DNA of 64,000 bases from Eledone cirrhosa. Lineage: Eukaryota. Shown one piece after another: positions 1-10,517 of this stretch; the first letter of the stretch is position 1, and every line of letters starts with the position of its first letter. The notes below the pieces were generated by a model, which saw nothing but the letters and a program-made list of their open reading frames with translations, was not told where the DNA came from and ran no database searches. The translations under genes and the position numbers were made by a program. The DNA lies in assembly GCA_964016885.1 (NCBI GenBank), contig OZ024743.1, positions 75,578,001-75,642,000 of the forward strand, in the 5' to 3' direction.

Positions 1-786
1 CAAAATTCTCTTACCTCTTTCTGTTTAAACTGGCCACTCGTACTTATGTTAAGGTATTGTTCTCAAATAATATCAAAATCTCATAGATTCGATATTATGT
101 GAGATAAAGCCTTTACCATGAAAATATAATAGTAAATATAGAGTAATGCAAATGTTGGGTTAAACCAAGAAACACCACAACATGGCAACTAACTGTTTTC
201 AGGAGAGTGCACTCTGTTGCAAATATTTGGACTAGGCTTCGGGTTTGGGAATATCATTCTCTCTCTTTCTCTCACAATTCTCAAGGCTCTAAAAAGGGCA
301 ATGGACACCACTGTTCTTCTCACCCTGGCTAAACAAAAAAAGTATTTAATAAAAGGACCTGATTGCAGCAGGAGTTGTGAAAAGCAGAAGTAAAGTTCAG
401 GTTTGAAAGTAAGGAAAAGATCAAGTGTATTTGTTACCTAGTAAAGCTAAGCTAAAATCTTCTCAGGAATGTATATATGGTCCAAGGGAGTTATAGGGGC
501 ACCATAGGGTATTTTTTAAAACCTGGCGGAGCCCATCTCCTCTGAATACCAAAGATTTCTTCCAGAGATGGAGAGAGAGAGAGTGTGAGAAAGGAAGTGA
601 GACAGAGATATAGAGGAAGACCCCCCCCCCCCCAGTACTTTACTGGTACTTTTTTTATCAACCTCAGGAATAATACATTCTAATATATAAGAGATGTGAT
701 GTCTCAGAACTGTTCAACTGGGAAAATGTGATACACTTCAGTAGAACATGTCAGTTTTTAGTAGTGATGGCTTAGAAATGTTACTG

Positions 787-1175
787 TTTAACGTCCATTT
801 TTCCACGCTAGCATGGGTTACATGAATTGTTCCATTGTGAGACAAGCCAAATTAGATGACCATGTCTTGTTTATACAGAACTGTTTCTGGCTTGGTTTCT
901 ACAGCTGGATGTCCTTCCTAACCCCAACCACATTTACAGTGTGGGCTGGGTACTTTTTGTTGTGACACCAACACGACCACTTTACAGTGTAAGCTGGGTA
1001 CTTTTTGTTGTGATACCAACATGACCATTTTACAGTGTGGGCTGGGTACTTTTTCTTGACACCAACACGACCACTTTACAGTGTGGGCTGGGTACTTTTT
1101 GTTGTGATACCAACACGACCACTTTACTGCGTGTACTGGGTACTTTTTGTTGTGATACCAACACAACCACTTTAG
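787..1175 (-). mobile_element. SINE-like element (family A, RTE-like 3' tail) with about 5 internal 48-bp tandem units
   Basis: Reverse complement of GTGGTTGGGGTTAGGAAGGACATCCAGCTGTAGAAACC...AACCCATGCTAGCGTGGAAAAATGGACGTTAAA; related copies at 7070-7385, 14240-14455, 54805-55015 and 55215-56390. Confidence 0.75.
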
Positions 1176-1362
1176 AAGCATTTTTAGAATGGTGGTGGCA
1201 TAGGTTTACAAAATCTACAAGATTAGAATTCTATGTCAACTATTCAAATATTAAGATGAAGTTGTGGTTTCTGTAACTTTATGCTCTTTCTAATGTCAAC
1301 CACTTTACAGTGTATACTGGGAGCATTTTATTGTGGCATCAGCACTACATGTATGTGTGCGC

Positions 1363-1370
<8 letters not shown>

Positions 1371-1447
<77 letters not shown>
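1371..1447. repeat. compound (TA)n(GA)n microsatellite
   Basis: Directly visible. Confidence 0.95.
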
Positions 1448-1450
<3 letters not shown>

Positions 1451-1820
1451 AAAATCCCATGGGAGTTTACATCTCTCTATACCCACTCTGCATCTCCCCA
1501 TGCATTGAGTGATCTATCCGGTCTCAACACTGCTATAAACATACATACATATTTGTGCCCCAAAACACACGTACATATACATGTGTGTGTTAAACGGCCG
1601 CTAACACTGGTTATACATACATATATCTGTATCCACACACACACACATATATGTATATATATATGTGCATATTCTCTCATGTTTAGTGACACAAATGCAT
1701 ACATTTTTTTCATATGCATTCACCTATAAGCACATATTTAAATATATGCACGTACATACATGCTGATATATATATATATATATATATATAGTACAAACAA
1801 TGTTTCATACACTCAATATG

Positions 1821-1910
1821 TATATGCGACCATTGGTTTCGGAGTCCAGTTATGGCCACCACGGTATATTGGAGGAGGTTCTTCCAAACTGACCCCTCAT
1901 CCGGCATGCG
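1821..1910 (-). ncRNA. type I hammerhead ribozyme-like motif (core variant CGGAUGA), probably a Penelope-like/retrozyme relic
   Basis: Minus strand reads ATGC-CGGATGA-GGGGTCAGTTTGG...CCATAACTGGACTCC-GAAA-CC-AAT-GG-TC-GCAT. Stem I is ATGC/GCAT, stem II is long, stem III is minimal, and there is a GUC cleavage triplet. Flanked by (TA)n on both sides. Confidence 0.7.
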
Positions 1911-1911
1911 G

Positions 1912-1961
<50 letters not shown>

Positions 1962-3153
1962 GTGTGTGTGTGTATACCTTTGTGTGCTATACAAACCCAC
2001 ACATGTACAAAACAATAATCCTAATAATTTCATCAGGGTAGGTAGGTAAGGTAGGGGTGTGTCGTTATAGTTCTGTATCTTTTACAAGGACAAAGAGAGG
2101 CCCGTGGTGGGATGCGAACACTCGTCCTCTCTATATCTTCCTCAGTATCAATATATTTATATATATTACATATACACTAAGTGTTACTTAGACAGAGTAC
2201 CATATGCTATCTGAAAACATGTTTGCTACATCCGGAAATTCGGAAGATGCTACATAAAATATAAAAGAAATATTAAAGAGAGATATGAGAAAGGGTGGAT
2301 AAAGCGATACAACGAGAGTGGCTTCCTCTGTTTATTTATTAATAAATACCTAATAATTTAACTGATAAATTTATGATAAACATGGTTTCATAGCGGTACT
2401 TAAAAGGTGACATTACTATGGAGATCAACAATCTGTCTCATTTTTGTTATTTCCTGTTTTTAAAAAAAAATATTTTACGTTATAAGACCTTCCTATCTCA
2501 TTTAATATGTATATACACACCCTCAGCAAATATTTTTATAATTCCCCTCGTTTCTGGTTTTATACATATTTATATATATATAAGCCGTTCATCCGTTCAT
2601 CGATGAGCAAACTAAATAAGATTGAAGATTGATTAGTGAATAAATAATTTGCAGTGAGTGACAGAAGCAGCAACTAGAGGGACGGAACTCACAGACTGAG
2701 ACGATAATTATTATAGAAATTAAACAAGATAATGATGATATAATGCTGCTCTTAGACAACCAGAAAACCATTTATAGTCTATATATATTTTTCATAGAAG
2801 CATAAAAAATAAAGCCGTTTGGTTATACAAAATAATTAAATGAGAAAACTCAAGTGTGGTGTTTAAACGAAAGACGGTTTCATTGAATGAAAGGTTTTTG
2901 TAAAAAAGGAAAAAAAAATCTTGTATTCGTTTCTTTTCAGGAAAATAAAGAAATGCTTGCATTAATATAGATAAATATATTTTTATAGAATTTTTGTTGA
3001 ACTTATTAATGCATTCGACAATATTTTAGATATACTTATCTTTTATAAGCTGAGTTGGTATCACTGCTTGGCTAGGTTCAATGTGAAAGCTAGCTGTGTG
3101 CAGACGACAGTTGAGACATATAGCATGCATGGCTATCATTGGCACTCACTTAC

Positions 3154-3807
3154 CTGATATTTAGGTGCATTATTTAACAATGGATAATTTCCTTGACTGT
3201 CACCATTATGTAATAAAAGATTGTCCACGAGATTCCATCCCCAGCTTTGGTCATCGCTACCTAATAAAGAAACATATCCATGACACTGCATGGGAGCTTC
3301 CTTCGTAGCAAGTCCGATCACAGCCACAGTTCCGAGGGGACCTTCCCACCAGACCTCCCAGCAGTGTCGCCCAGTTCTAAACCCGATCTTACCTCGGGCT
3401 CCGTCCGTACTCTGTGCAATAGGGTTCCTATGTAATGTAAATCCATTGTGTTTTACATAAATGTTCCGCGAGCAATCATTGGGGTTCCACGCGTGGTAAA
3501 ATGCTCGTAATTTAGCTTTGTAAGTAGGTACATTTGATAAAACATCCGATTTAAGTGCATCTTCTGCTAATTTTCTCACACAATGAAACCGCCAAACGTC
3601 ATTATTTTCATCATTAAGAAATCTATACCAGCTTTTACAGACTAACGAACAATATCGCAAGTCAGATATGTCTAAATAAGAAAAGACCACTTCGAGTACT
3701 ACTTGAGGTAACCTGGCGGCAGCCATCTTAGTGTAGACGATACGAGTCCATACAATATCTGGATTGGCTTCTGTTTGAATACGGCATGGATCCGGGGAAA
3801 ACTGCAT
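3154..3807 (-). CDS. FBXO45: F-box/SPRY domain-containing protein 1 (FBXO45/Fsn/FSN-1), large coding exon; C-terminal exon not found in window
   Basis: Translation has the F-box [31 protein letters not shown] and the SPRY segment [22 protein letters not shown]...[16 protein letters not shown]...[14 protein letters not shown]...NNAPKYQ, closely matching my recollection of metazoan FBXO45. Similarity stops at a canonical donor CAG|GTAAGT (exon ends 3154). ATG at 3726 (MAAARLP) is the more likely start than ATG at 3807. Confidence 0.96.
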
Positions 3808-4129
3808 ACATATTCAAACCACGATGGTTCAATTCTCCGACATGGATATTATTACAATATTTTTCTTATATATTAGCAACATCTATACAGATCATTAAAG
3901 CTGCCTTCATCTTAAAAATGCGCTATTCATCATTATCATTCTATACAACACTGACGATGCTCACTTTGAGAACGGTGGTGAAAAAGAAAGTAACCTGAAG
4001 CATGAGTCCGCACATCTATTATCCAGGATACGGTGTGTATATGTCTATATGTGTGTGTATATGTGTATATACATATATATAAACATATACAAACATATAT
4101 ATATATAGATGCACACATATATATATGCA

Positions 4130-4260
4130 TCTATTATTTACTCTGTATGTTATATTTTCCGGTGCGTGTTTCTTGTACGTTTTTCGGGAGGCGGTGTGGG
4201 GAAGACAGGAGATTGTGCATGTGCACACGTAAATTACTGCAGAAATATAGTTATTGAAGT
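4130..4260. promoter_or_regulatory. candidate FBXO45 promoter / 5' region
   Basis: Short CpG-containing non-repetitive island between (TA)-rich tracts, a few hundred bp upstream of the FBXO45 start, with an ETS-like CCGGAA on the minus strand. Positional inference only. Confidence 0.25.
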
Positions 4261-4263
4261 GAG

Positions 4264-4724
<461 letters not shown>

Positions 4725-4727
<3 letters not shown>

Positions 4728-4812
4728 TAATAATGAAATTATTGTGTAAAGTGCTCAGGTGCACTACAACTCGTCAAAGGTGCATGTATAGTACATAGAA
4801 TAATACACAAAT
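4725..4812 (-). mobile_element. 3' tail fragment of the CR1/L2-like LINE
   Basis: AATAATAATGAAATTATTGTGTAAAGTGCTCAGGTGCACTACAACTCGTCAAAGGTGCA is the reverse complement of the 3' end at 63640-63720. Confidence 0.85.
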
Positions 4813-4892
4813 TCACAATATATATGCATATGTATCATCATCATCATCTATATATGTATATATGTATGCATATGTATATATATATATATATA

Positions 4893-5069
4893 ACGAAGGA
4901 AATGTGGTAAGGAACCAGGTGGACCATAACGCACCAAAGTACTCAATACTTGAGGTAGTAGAGTGGGTGATAGGAACCAGTAAGACCCCGACAGCTGAGC
5001 TCAAGCCGTTTCGACGGCTAGCCGTCGAAACGGCTTGAGCTCAGCTGTCGGGGTCTTACTGGTTCCTAT
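4893..5069. mobile_element. (TA)n-embedded insertion ending in a 100-bp perfect palindrome (possible Penelope-like pLTR fragment)
   Basis: 4970-5069 is a spacerless inverted repeat centred on GACGGCT|AGCCGTC followed by GAAAC; (TA)n on both sides. Family assignment is inferred. Confidence 0.55.
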
Positions 5070-5099
5070 ATATATATATATATATATATGAAAGGTGTA

Positions 5100-5140
<41 letters not shown>

Positions 5141-5765
5141 CACATAATTTTGCATATAAATAAACACAAAAAATATAGTTAAAATGTGTGAAACCTGTGG
5201 GAGAAGGCACACACACCACAATACTGGTTGCAGGAGTCTCCCTCTAATAATGGTTTAGGCAAGCCAACACACAACATTATCATAGGTGATAGCAAGGCTA
5301 AGATGCTGGAATAACCAAGCACCCTTCCTTGACTTCATCTGATATATTGTTAAGGCCAGTCTCCAGCAATGACAGGAACTTCATTGTCAGTAGCCCAGCT
5401 CCCCTAAATCTATTGAATGCCACAGGCTGATAAAATATAGTTTTCCGATAATGCCTGGTATTTTAGAATTTTATTCCCTTACACTAAGAATGCAGTGACC
5501 CTCACTTTCACTGCAGTATGCAGGATGTGGGAAGGACCAAGATTAAAATCTGATACATTGGTATTAAGCAACTAAGAGCACAGTCTATAATAGGGTTATA
5601 CATGTATTTATATACATTATACACACGCATATATATATAGTATATACACACGCACATATATATAATATATATAGTACATACACATGCATATATATATATG
5701 GGATAACAAATTATCATTATAGGTAATCCAGTTAGAGGTTGTGAGTACTCCGTATTGTGGATAGC

Positions 5766-6900
5766 TACTTAGCTTTTGTTGACTTGGAGAAAGCCTTTGA
5801 CAGAGTTCCCCATTCCATTATCTGGTGGGTTCTTAGAAAACGAAGAGTAGATGAATGACTTGTGAGAGCTATACAAGCCATGTATAGAGGAACAGTCAGC
5901 AAGGTGAGAACTAACAATGAATATAGTGAAGAATTTAGCGTACCAGTAGGTGTTCATCAGGGCTCTGTCCTTAGCCTCCTCCTGTTTATTATTGCCCTAC
6001 TGGCTATAACAGAAGAGTTTAAGACTGGTTGCCCCTGGGAACGTCTGTATGCAGACGCTCTGACTCTCATAGCTGAATCTATGGCAAAACTAGAGAAGAA
6101 ATTCCAAACCTGGAAGTATGGCCTAGAATCAAAAGATCTTAAAGTTAACTTGTCAAAGACTAAAGTTCTAGTATGTAGAAAGGAAAACAGAGTCCAGATC
6201 CCCTCTGGGAAATGCCCTTGCTCAGTGTTCAAGAAAGGGGTAGGTAGAAATTCCATCATATGTCCCAAATGCAAGCTATGGGTACATAAAAGATGTAGTG
6301 GGATCACAAGCAGGCTATCAAAGAACATAGGTTTTATATGTGGCCGATGCTCAAGTACAGTAAGTAGCAAGTGGCCACAGGAGTCTTGCTCCTTCAAATG
6401 CCCAGATGGTACTATAGAAATACTCAACTCTTTCCATTTCCTGAGTGATGAAATCAGCAGTGGAGGAGGGTGTTCCGAAAGTATAGCAGCCAGAGTAAGG
6501 ACAGGATGGAGAAAGTTCAGAGAGCTACCACCGCTAGAAGCTACAAAAGGTTTCTCCCTTAAATTGTACGATGCATGTATACGAACAGCAATGCCATATG
6601 GTAGTGAGATCTGGGCACTGTGTGCAGAGGACCTGCGCAGATTGGAAAGAAATGAAGCATGCATGCTCCAATGGATGTGTAATAGTAAAATACATGAACG
6701 GCAAAGCATAAATGAACAGAAAGAGAAATTAGGTATAAGAGGAATCAGATGCAGTATGCTAGAGAGGAGATTGTGTTGGTTTGGCCATATGATGCATATG
6801 AAGGATGACAGCTGTATAAAAAGGTGCAGGACAATCAAAATTGATGAAAGCTATGGAGTAGGAAGACCTGGGATGAGGTGATAAAAGTTGACCTTGTACA
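5766..6900 (+). pseudogene. 5'-truncated RTE-clade LINE ORF2 (reverse transcriptase with internal PHD-like zinc finger), inactivated
   Basis: YLAFVDLEKAFDRVP, VGVHQGSVLS, YADA (degenerate YADD), LKVNLSKTKVL, CPCSV...CPKCKLWVHKRC...CGRC, LYDACIRTAMPYGSEIW, RRLCWFGHM, GRP. In-frame TGA at 5856-5858. Confidence 0.9.
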
Positions 6901-7069
6901 ACTGAACCTCTGAAAGACAATGACACAGGTTTGAGATTTTTGTTGTTATGCAGTAATACAGAAGACTTCCCATGCGTATGGACAACACAAACATACATCT
7001 TGTAGGCACCTCTTAACCACTATATCTGTCCACACCACCCTTACACTGGAAACAGAATATATCCAGCCC

Positions 7070-7385
7070 ACACTGAAAAGTGGTTGTGTAGGAGTCATGA
7101 CAAAAAGCATCCAGCATACACTATAAAGTGGTCATGCTGATGACAACAAAAAGTGCCCAGCCTACACTGTAAAGTGGTCAGGAGGAGTCACGATAAAAAG
7201 CGCCCAGTACACACTGTAAATGTGGTTTGTGTTAGGAAGGGCATCCAGCCATAGAAACCGAGCCAAAATAAGTTCTGAATGAGCAAAACATGGTCCTCTG
7301 ACCTGATCTCTCACAACAGGACAGCCCGTCCTACCCATGCTAGCATGGAAAATAGACGTTAAATGACAACGATAATGATGATAAT
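7070..7385 (+). mobile_element. SINE family A copy with about 3 diverged 48-bp units and (GAT)n-like tail
   Basis: GTGGTTTGTGTTAGGAAGGGCATCCAGCCATAGAAACC...CCCATGCTAGCATGGAAAATAGACGTTAAATGAC. Confidence 0.75.
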
Positions 7386-7638
7386 GTGCCCAGTAAAGTG
7401 TGTGAACATTTTGTAAGGGAGATTCAAGTCCTGGCATACCTGAGTACCCCATAGATTGTAAATTGAGGCCTACAGCCCATCAAAGAGGTCAGTAACTCTT
7501 CTTGAATACTGGCCTGGTCTGTGATGACCCATTCAACCCTTTCTACCAAGGTTAAAGGATGTGATGCTTGTTCTAAGAAATACTTTTGTTTTTTTACTTG
7601 TTTTAGATCTTGCTTGGGGAATATAGTTGATTGGTGCC

Positions 7639-8560
7639 GAGGGTCGGTATACCTGAGCTGGGCAGTGGAGTGGTGTTGAGGGTCAGTATACCTGAGTTGG
7701 GCGGTGGGTTGGTGTTGAGGGTCAGTATACCTGAGTTGGGCAGTGGGGTGGTGCTGGGGTCAGTATACCTGAGCTGGGCAGTGGAGTGGTGTTGAGGGTC
7801 AGTATACCTAAGCTGGGCAGTGGAGTGGTGTTCAGGGTCAGTATACCTGAGTTGGGCGGTGGGGTGGTGCTGGGGTCAGTATACCTGAGCTGGGCAGTGG
7901 GGTGGTGCTGGGGTCAGTATACCTGAGCTGGGCAGTGGGGTGGTGCTGGGGTCAGTATACCTGAGCTGGGCAGTGGAGTGGTGTTGAGGGTCAGTATACC
8001 TAAGCTGGGCAGTGAGGTGGTGCTGGGGTCAGTATACCTGAGCTGGGCGGTGGGGTGGTGTTGAGGGTCAGTATACCTGAGTTGGGCGGTGGGGTGGTGT
8101 TGAGGGTCAGTATACCTGAGTTGGGCAGTGGGGTGGTGCTGAGGGTCGGTATACCTGAACTGGGCAGTGGGGTGGTGCTGGGGTCAGTATACTGGAGCTG
8201 GTCAGTAGGGTGGTGTTGAGGTTCAGTTTATCTGAGCTGGGAAGTGGGGTGGTGCTGAGGGCCAGTATACCTGAGGTGGGCAGTGGAGGGGTGTTGAGGG
8301 TCAGTATACCTGAGCTGGGCAGTGGGGTGGTGTTGAGGGTCAGTATACCTAAGCTGGGCAGTGGGGTGGTGCTGAGGTCAGTATACCTGAGCTGGGCAGT
8401 GGGGTGGTGTTGAGGTTCAGTTTATCTGAGCTGGGCAGTGGGGTGGTGCTGAGGGCCAGTATAATTGAGGTGGGCAGTGGGGTGGTGCTGAGGTCAGTAT
8501 ACTTGAGCTGGGGAGTGGGGTGGTGTTGAGGGTCAGTATACCTGAGCTGGACAGTAGGGT
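7639..8560 (+). repeat. G-rich 38-39-bp minisatellite, about 24 copies
   Basis: Unit AGGGTCAGTATACCTGAGCTGGGCAGTGGGGTGGTGTTG. Confidence 0.95.
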
Positions 8561-8952
8561 GAGCTCCTGCTGGCCTACTAAATGGCTCAAATAAGTTGTG
8601 TTTATCACCTCTGCCAGCCACACTCCCTCCCATGTGTCCCCGTCAAGGCACTGGCTCCACCAAATTGGGTTGGATGTGAAAGCAAGAGCTCAGTGCTATA
8701 ACTGATGCAATGGTTGGATTGCATTATCTTAAAGTGCGACCGGTCACTGCTTGTGAAACCAATCACAAGAAACTCCATTGAAATGAACTTACTCTGTGAA
8801 TTCCTTCGATGGAGCTGGCTCACTCCATCACAGGTGAACACCACCACAAGTACAGTATGTAGTTGGGTATATAGTATTGAACTGGTCCTTATTTTATTGA
8901 TCTATGTAGAATAAAGAGTAAAGTCAATCAGGGTGAGATTGGAATTCACAAC

Positions 8953-9770
8953 ATAATAATAATAATAATGAAATTATTGTGTACAGTGCTCAGATGCACT
9001 ACAACTCATCAAAGGTGCATATATGGTACATAGAATAATGTACAAATGTCAGGAAAATGAACAGTGTACGAGTCATGAAATACATGTGTGTGTGTATATG
9101 AAGGGGGTATACATGGTGTAGTGTTGGCGAATTTCAAGAAGCATGGAGGTTTTAAAGGATGCAGTGTCTCGACAGCTAACAACTGATGCAGGTAGTTTGT
9201 TCCATGGAGGTTTTAAAGGATGCAGTGTCTCGACAGCTAACAACTGATGCAGGTAGTTTGTTCCATGGAGGTTTTAAAGGATGCAGTGTCTCGACAGCTA
9301 ACAACTGATGCAGGTAGTTTGTTCCATGGAGGTTTTAAAGGATGCAGTGTCTCGACAGCTAATAACTGATGCAGGTAGTTTGTTCCATGGAGGTTTTAAA
9401 GGATGCAGTGTCTCGACAGCTAACAACTGATGCAGGTAGTTTGTTCCATGGAGGTTTTAAAGGATGCAGTGTCTTGACAGCTAATAACTGATGCAGGTAG
9501 TTTGTTCCATGGAGGTTTTAAAGGATGCAGTGTCTTGACAGCTAATAACTGATGCAGGTAGTTTGTTCCATGGAGGTTTTAAAGGATGCAGTGTCTCGAC
9601 AGCTAACAACTGATGCAGGTAGTTTGTTCCATGGAGGTTTTAAAGGATGCAGTGTCTCGACAGCTAACAACTGATGCAGGTAGTTTATTCCATGCTTCAG
9701 CAACTCTGAGCGTGAAAAAAATGTTTCCGAAAGTTATGGGAGCTGTGCTGTTTTCTGACCTTGTTGGCAT
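8953..9770 (-). mobile_element. CR1/L2-like LINE 3' fragment with nine tandem 61-bp units (9142-9690)
   Basis: Reverse complement of the 63340-63720 LINE end (FFTLRVAEAWNKLPASVVSCRDTASFKTS), with (ATT)n tail at about 8953-8970. Confidence 0.9.
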
Positions 9771-9774
9771 GGAT

Positions 9775-9975
9775 GATCTGGTGGAAAGTAGAGGACATGT
9801 CTGTACCAGCCCATACAGCAGATAGCTATGAGGTGGGAAGCTGTGGGCTGTTGCGTGCAACACTTTGTTGGAATAGTGGTGAATAGGGCTCTGCTATCAA
9901 AGCTGTCAATCCTCTTTGCCAGGGTCTTTGTGAGGGGTCATGCTTCTGCTCCATAGAGGAGAACGGAGAGGACCG
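9775..9975 (-). mobile_element. degenerate RTE-type RT C-terminal fragment
   Basis: Minus strand translates VLLYGAEA*PLTKTLAKRIDSFDSRAL, matching the LLYGxETW motif of RTE-type RTs. Confidence 0.6.
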
Positions 9976-10149
9976 ATGTATTGTAAATACAGAACATAAC
10001 CCAATACCACAAGGTATTTTATATGACAGAACCAATTCTGTTATCAACCAAATAGATGGACAATTAATGGACTTGTTTTAACAGACCAGTGTAAATAATT
10101 GAATTTACACACAGCCTATGTTACCATGGAAACACAGTCATTGGTGGCA

Positions 10150-10482
10150 CTGCTGCTGTTGTTGCTGCTGTTGTTGTTGCTGCAGTTGTTGCTGTTGATG
10201 TTGTTGCTGTTGATGTTGTTGCTGTTGTGCAGCTGTTGCTGTTGTTGCTGCTGCAGTTGTTGCTGTTGATGTTGTTGCTGTTGATGTTGTTGCTGTTGTT
10301 GCAGCTGTTGCTGTTGTTGCTGCTCCTGTTGCTGCTGCTGATGTTGTTGCTGATGTTGTTGATGATGATGATGATAATGCTGTTGCTGCTGATGATGTTG
10401 TTTTTCTGGCTGCTGCTGTTGTTGCTGTTGCTACTGTTGTTGCTGCTGTTGTTGCTGCTGCTACTGTTGTTGCTGCTGCTGC

Positions 10483-10517
<35 letters not shown>

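Noticed and set aside
3136-3153. VSECQ* as the true FBXO45 C-terminus
   Set aside because: Begins exactly at a GTAAGT donor and would truncate the SPRY domain; interpreted as intron read-through.
5957-6838. 293-aa minus-strand ORF
   Set aside because: Antisense shadow of the RTE reverse transcriptase frame.
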